Shown here one piece after another: positions 58,081 through 64,000 of a stretch of 64,000 nucleotides of DNA. Position 1 is the first letter of the stretch; the number at the start of each line of letters is the position of its first letter. The notes under the pieces were generated by a model. It did not search any database. It worked only from the letters and a program-made list of their open reading frames with translations, and was not told the DNA's origin. The DNA is from Octopus vulgaris (taxonomy: Eukaryota): NCBI GenBank assembly GCA_951406725.2, contig OX597828.1:43958001-44022000 (forward strand). The letters run 5' to 3'. A program made the position numbers and the translations under genes.

Positions 58081-59072
58081 ACTGTTTAATATATTTTTGT
58101 GTGTGTATACCTAAATGATATATACATTTTCATGTGGATTATTATCAATATAGATAGATATAGGCATATGAGCATGTTAACATATTTATATATATATACA
58201 TATATGATTTGATAATATATGTGTGTGTGTGTGTGTGTGTGTATACAAGAGTGAATCTACCGTCACAGAATATAAGATATAAGAACAAAACTATCGTCAC
58301 AGTCACGTGGTTCGCAATACATTCGTGAACTCAAGTCTAAAATGGTGGATTTTCTTCCATACCTCTTAACTAAATTGATTCCAAACAGTCAGAATACATA
58401 TAAAAAAAATAAACCCCAAAAAAGAACGCAAAATAATAACAACGACCAGTGTCCTGACGTTTATTTTTCTTTGCTTTTGTACATTTTTTTTTGTTTTTTG
58501 AAGCATTATTTCTGTTATTACATTCTATCACTTTTTACGTTATATTTATTATCTATTTGCAACGTACAATCATATATTTGTGAAACACATATAAAAGGTT
58601 TATTTTATATCATAACATTTTATATGCATGATTTTTCTCATTAGTATTGAGCATGTCGGCTTGTCTGTTTATACGCGTATATCTCTGAGTGCGTCATAGT
58701 CTGTACATGTATCTGTGTGTAGGTGTTTGTGTGTGTGTGTGTGTGTGTGTAAATGAAGTGATACATATTTTTTTAGCTTTTTTTCTTGGTGTATTTATTT
58801 GCGACGGGAGTTTTTTTTTTCTGAACGTGTAGCTCTTTGCGTTAATATTTGTGCATACGAAGCTTCTTCGTAGGATAGAGTTTCTATTAAAGAAAAACAT
58901 CTTTTAAAAATTGTAATAGATGTTTGTGTGATTTTACATGTGTTTGTCTCTGTATACATACATACAAACGCACAAACATATATAAGTATATGAATGTCTC
59001 TCTCTCCCACACACACACACACTCTATCTCTCTCTCTGTTAATGTGCGTGAGAGAGAGACAGAGACAGAGAG

Positions 59073-59366
59073 AGGGCGCATGGTGGCCTAGTGGTTGAGA
59101 TGTTGCACTCACGACGTGGTGATCATGATTTCAATTTCCAGGCCGGGTGATGCGTACTGCAAGTCACTTTACCTCACGTTGTTCTGCGGCCATTTCGACG
59201 CTGGCCCATGACACACAGTTAGCCTATTCTGACAACGTCAATTTGATGTGGAGAGAACGAACCAATGTGCACCACGAACAGTCGATCACTATAAGCAAAT
59301 TATTTGTCCAGATGGTTCAGTAACAGCTCAACGCTCATACGTCGTCTTCGACAAGCGAGTCCGTCA
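59073..59366 (+). mobile_element. tRNA-derived SINE, family A-like head with tail type 5
   Basis: gggcgcatggtggcctagtggttgag head; tail gatcactataagcaaattattt also at ~34460-34480. Confidence 0.65.
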
Positions 59367-59379
59367 TATCTTCTTTTCT

Positions 59380-59777
59380 TTTTTTCTTTTACTTGTTTCA
59401 GTCATTTGACTGCGGCCATGCTGGAGCACCGTCTTTAGTCGAGCAACTCGACCCCCGGGACTTATTTTTTGTAAGCCCAGTACTTATTCTATCGGTCTCT
59501 TTTGCCGAACCACTAAGTGACGGGGACATAAACACACCAGCATCGGTTGTCAAGCAATGCTAGGAGGACAAACACAAACACACAAACACACACGCACACA
59601 TATATATATACATATATACGACGGGCTTCTTTCAGTTTCCGTCTACCAAATCCACTCACAAAGCTTTGGTCAGCCCGAGGCTATAGTAGAGGACACTTGC
59701 CCAAGGTGCCATACAGTGGAACTGAACCCGGAACCATGTTGTTAGTAAGCAAGCTACTTACCACACAGCCACTCCTG
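59380..59777 (-). mobile_element. SINE family B, near full length
   Basis: Reverse complement of 26409-26813. Confidence 0.88.
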
Positions 59778-59907
59778 TGTATGTGTGTGTATTGTATGTA
59801 AGATATGGTATAATTATAAACAGGGCAAATTGTAGCCATTTCTCCACAGACTGAAAAAACGATGAACAACCTTAAAGGATTTTCGTACATTATTGGGTTC
59901 TCATCCT

Positions 59908-59979
<72 letters not shown>

Positions 59980-60488
59980 TAGATAGATATGTTTGTTCCT
60001 TCTCGAGCCATGCCTGGCTCATAAGGGCCGGTTTCCTGGTTTCCTTGGCGTATAGGTTCCCCACCTATGTATTAAAATATAGTATAAACCTACGTAGATG
60101 ATATTTAAATATACCTTCTATCCTTTGTTTCAGCCAATACATTCCCCCGGGCTAGGGTATCACCTTGTACTAATATTTTATATACTTAAAGTCTCTTAAA
60201 ACTTTTATCTGTAAATTTTGCCGAAATGCTAAGTTATAAGAATGTAAACAAACCTACAGTTATAGCAGCGGATCTCTAGGAACGAGGGAACAAAAGCATC
60301 CGCACAAATAATCTCATGCAAATATATATCTAAAATGGGGTCCTGCAGAGTTTTTATCATCCGAAATAATTTTGCCCAGAGCAGTTGTAGAGGACTCGTC
60401 ACCATTGTGTGAAGAAACAGAACCGAAACCGAAACAAGGTGATTACAAATCCAGCTTCATAGCCATACCGCTACTCATGTGCCTCCGT

Positions 60489-60624
<136 letters not shown>

Positions 60625-60637
60625 GTCTATCTATATA

Positions 60638-60888
60638 TTAGGGCAGTGGACTCGCTGTCGGAGGGTCGCGGTTTCGATTCCCAGACCGGGCGTTATGTGT
60701 GTTAATTGAGCGAAAACACTTAAAGCTCCACGAGGCTCCGGCAGAGGGTGGAGGCGACCCCTGTTGTACTCTTTCGCTCCAGCATTCCTTCACTCTTTCT
60801 TCCTGTTTCTTTTCTTGAGTAACGCTGCGATGGACTGGCGTCCCGTCCTGCGGGCTCATGAGCCTGGCTAGGCTTCAGAAGGCCGCAT
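60638..60888 (+). mobile_element. tRNA-derived SINE family A, 5'-truncated, tail type 3
   Basis: ttagggcagtggactcgc...ggtttcgattcccagaccgggcg...catgagcctggctaggcttcagaaggccgcat. Confidence 0.8.
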
Positions 60889-60889
60889 A

Positions 60890-60929
<40 letters not shown>

Positions 60930-60949
60930 ATATATATGTACAGGTATAT

Positions 60950-60981
<32 letters not shown>

Positions 60982-61044
60982 CTATATATATATGTATATG
61001 TATATATGTATATATATATATACATATGTGTGTGTGTGTGTGTG

Positions 61045-61085
<41 letters not shown>

Positions 61086-61777
61086 TGCTTTATATAAGCT
61101 TTAAACCTATATACATACTATTATTATTATTTACAGGATTGTAAAACACGGTACCATTTGAATATATATATATATATATATATTCTATCTATATATATAT
61201 TCTATCTATATATATTTTTTCTATCTATACATATTTAGCTTTTTCTGTCTATCTCTATCTAGCTATATATTTTTTCCATGAAATTTTTGTCAGTTTTAAC
61301 ATCTAATCTTTATTTTGATATAGATTTCAAAAATATTTTAATGCATTTCCGAATACGTTACTTTAACTTTCATTTCTTTTTTTTTTTTTGTCCTCTTTTT
61401 TCCATAATTCTAATTTTGTACAAATACTTTCGCTCTGCGCTTCTTTCATTCTCCTTCTTTTTTTCTTTTTCTTTTTTATCATTAAAATACATAGCACAAC
61501 CATTCAACTGTCGTCTATGTATCATTTTCTCTCATTACCTTTCATTCTTTATTTTCTTTCATTTCGTAAAAATGTATTTACTACAGTTTTTTGTTATTCT
61601 ATTTGGGATTTGTAATGTCTCTAAATATTTCTGTTATATTTCTATCTAATTTGTTACTCCTGCCGTTTCATATTAGTGCAATCAATCTTGTCACACTGTT
61701 TCAGCTGGGTAGATTACGCATGTCTTTTGAAAGTGCACTTATAGAGAAAATTGTAGCCAGCATTGTTCCCGAAAACA

Positions 61778-62087
<310 letters not shown>

Positions 62088-62283
62088 ATGCGGTGGAGCT
62101 GGCAGAATCGTTAGCATGCTGGGCCAAATGATTCGCGACATTTCCTCCGTCTTTACGTTCTGAATTCAAATTCCGCCCAGTTCGACTTTGGCTTTCATTC
62201 TTTCGCGGTCGATAAATTAGATACCAGTTGCGTACTGGCCCACTCCCACAAAATTTCAGACCTTGTGCGTATAACAGAAACGA
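62088..62283 (+). mobile_element. SINE family C
   Basis: gcggtggagctggcagaatcgttagc...gctttcattctttcgcggtcgataaatt. Confidence 0.8.
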
Positions 62284-62297
62284 TTATCATTATTATT

Positions 62298-62853
62298 GAG
62301 TGAGGAGGCAGTGCATGCCATCAAAATGACACTGGGGAAAAACATACGAAGCCCAGTATACCCATCTTGACCACTCGTCTGATAAGGGTAACCAGGCACA
62401 TGCATCACAACCATATGTGCGCGACATGGTAATCTCATATCAAGATAAACGGCACATGACCGTGCAGGTGGGGCCCGATTAGAATTTTCTTCTGGTCGAG
62501 TAACCCATCCTGCTCAAAAGGTCCCTGAATAAGGGTTGTTTAAGGATGTTGAACGAAGCACCCATGTTTCCAGGGGTGAATTATTCAAACTCCAAAAAAT
62601 CCCTCTCAACACATGGCTATGATGTTCCCCCACTACTTCTGCTCGTGATCAGAGATGCACATATCGTCAGCCACCAAGGGACATGCTCAACTGGTTATGG
62701 TCAAACAACTGACAAGCAAATCTGTGGTATTGAGCAGAATATTTGCTGTAGTCCATCTTTTATACCAAGACAAAACAATGTAAATGATAACGCTCCCAAT
62801 CAGTTAAGATCAGAAGCCATGAGAGCTACTATCTGGTACTGCATCTGGGCATT
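62298..62853. mobile_element. Family D repeat, second copy
   Basis: Matches 3438-3973; ATT-flanked. Confidence 0.8.
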
Positions 62854-62881
62854 TAATCATTATTATTATTATTATTATTAC

Positions 62882-63155
62882 TTTTTTTTTCTTCTTTCAA
62901 ATTTGCTTCCATTTCTTGCCGAGTGTCTTCCCGACTCCTAGGGCAAAGAAACTCATAGTATACATTGGTAGGCCATTAAACCAAACTCAATAGTTCGTTC
63001 ATTTTTTTTTTTTTTTTTAAGTTAAATTAAAATACATGAGCAGCAACAATTCTCACATCGACAATGCTCTTCTGAATACATGTGATGTACCAGTTAAGAC
63101 AATCTTTTGCACTTCTTGCAGGGATGGTAAGCCAGGGATCATTCTCATATAATTT
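62882..63155 (-). mobile_element. R4/Dong-like (RLE-clade) LINE 3' end in (TAA)n
   Basis: 63154-63053 reads NYMRMIPGLPSLQEVQKIVLTGTSHVFRRALSM* (cf. the QKxVLLGTxHILR terminus of R4/Dong ORFs); 3' UTR ends in an A-run followed by (TAA)n. Confidence 0.75.
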
Positions 63156-63325
63156 AGGTACCATGCTTTAAAAACAAAAATTACTTGGGTCAATTCATTC
63201 CACTGATAATCTTTAAGGCCGAGCCCCAGCATGGCCGCAGTCTAATGGGCGGAACAATTTTTTTTTTAATGTTATTCAAATTGTCCATATTCCTAACTTT
63301 ATATTTTCACGAGCAGCAGTAGCAA

Positions 63326-63369
<44 letters not shown>

Positions 63370-63649
63370 AACATGTTGTAGCCCCCGTACCCTTACCAGC
63401 ACCAGCAACTGCAACTCTGTTAAGTAGTATTAGTGCGTCAAATGATGACGGCAACAAATCCAGAATGCTTTGACAACAAACTCTGCAATTAGCCGTTGAA
63501 TAACTGTGTAATTTAAATTGGTAATCATACTGATTCAATGAGCTGGGTTCATTCTGTTAGGTTAATTCTCTATGAATATGCTGGCTGCCAATAGGATTGC
63601 TCCGACTTCGATTTAACAACATGGCGTTCATAATAATGCTTACGATAGT

Positions 63650-63676
63650 GATGACGACGATGACCACGACGACGAC

Positions 63677-63752
<76 letters not shown>
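63650..63752. repeat. (GAT)n microsatellite
   Basis: Direct read. Confidence 0.95.
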
Positions 63753-63909
63753 CGGTGGAGTAGGTGGGAGAATCTGGCTGCTCACATTGCAGACTTTAAT
63801 AACGTTGCAATATCTACGTCAAGTTGTATATTTAGTGGGTATAAAATATAAATATAAATATATGCACAACATGTATATAGAAGTTGGTATATATACATAC
63901 GTGCATATA

Positions 63910-63954
<45 letters not shown>

Positions 63955-63955
63955 C

Positions 63956-63992
<37 letters not shown>

Positions 63993-64000
63993 AATATATA

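Overview
This 64-kb window is AT-rich, microsatellite-saturated, non-coding eukaryotic DNA. Its SINE repertoire resembles that of octopod cephalopods, which is an inference from recalled repeat sequences. I recognise no intact host protein-coding gene, and nearly all supplied ORFs are translations of (TA)n, (TG)n, (GATA)n, (ATT)n or (ATC)n tracts. Recognisable content comprises a full-length but disrupted mariner transposon with TIRs and TA duplication, a mariner-type MITE, fragments of four retroelement groups (CR1/L2-type endonuclease region, RTE C-terminus, R4/Dong-like C-terminus, decayed Penelope-like RT), and dozens of copies of three SINE families. The most interesting signal is a set of short repeats and long palindromes carrying minimal type-I hammerhead-ribozyme-like motifs. 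They fall into at least three core variants: canonical CUGAUGA, a U3-A8 compensated UUGAAAA core in three unrelated sequence contexts, and an A6U core conserved in three copies. Several are arranged head-to-head as inverted repeats, as expected for Penelope pseudo-LTR derivatives. All structures were read by eye and none has been computed or tested.
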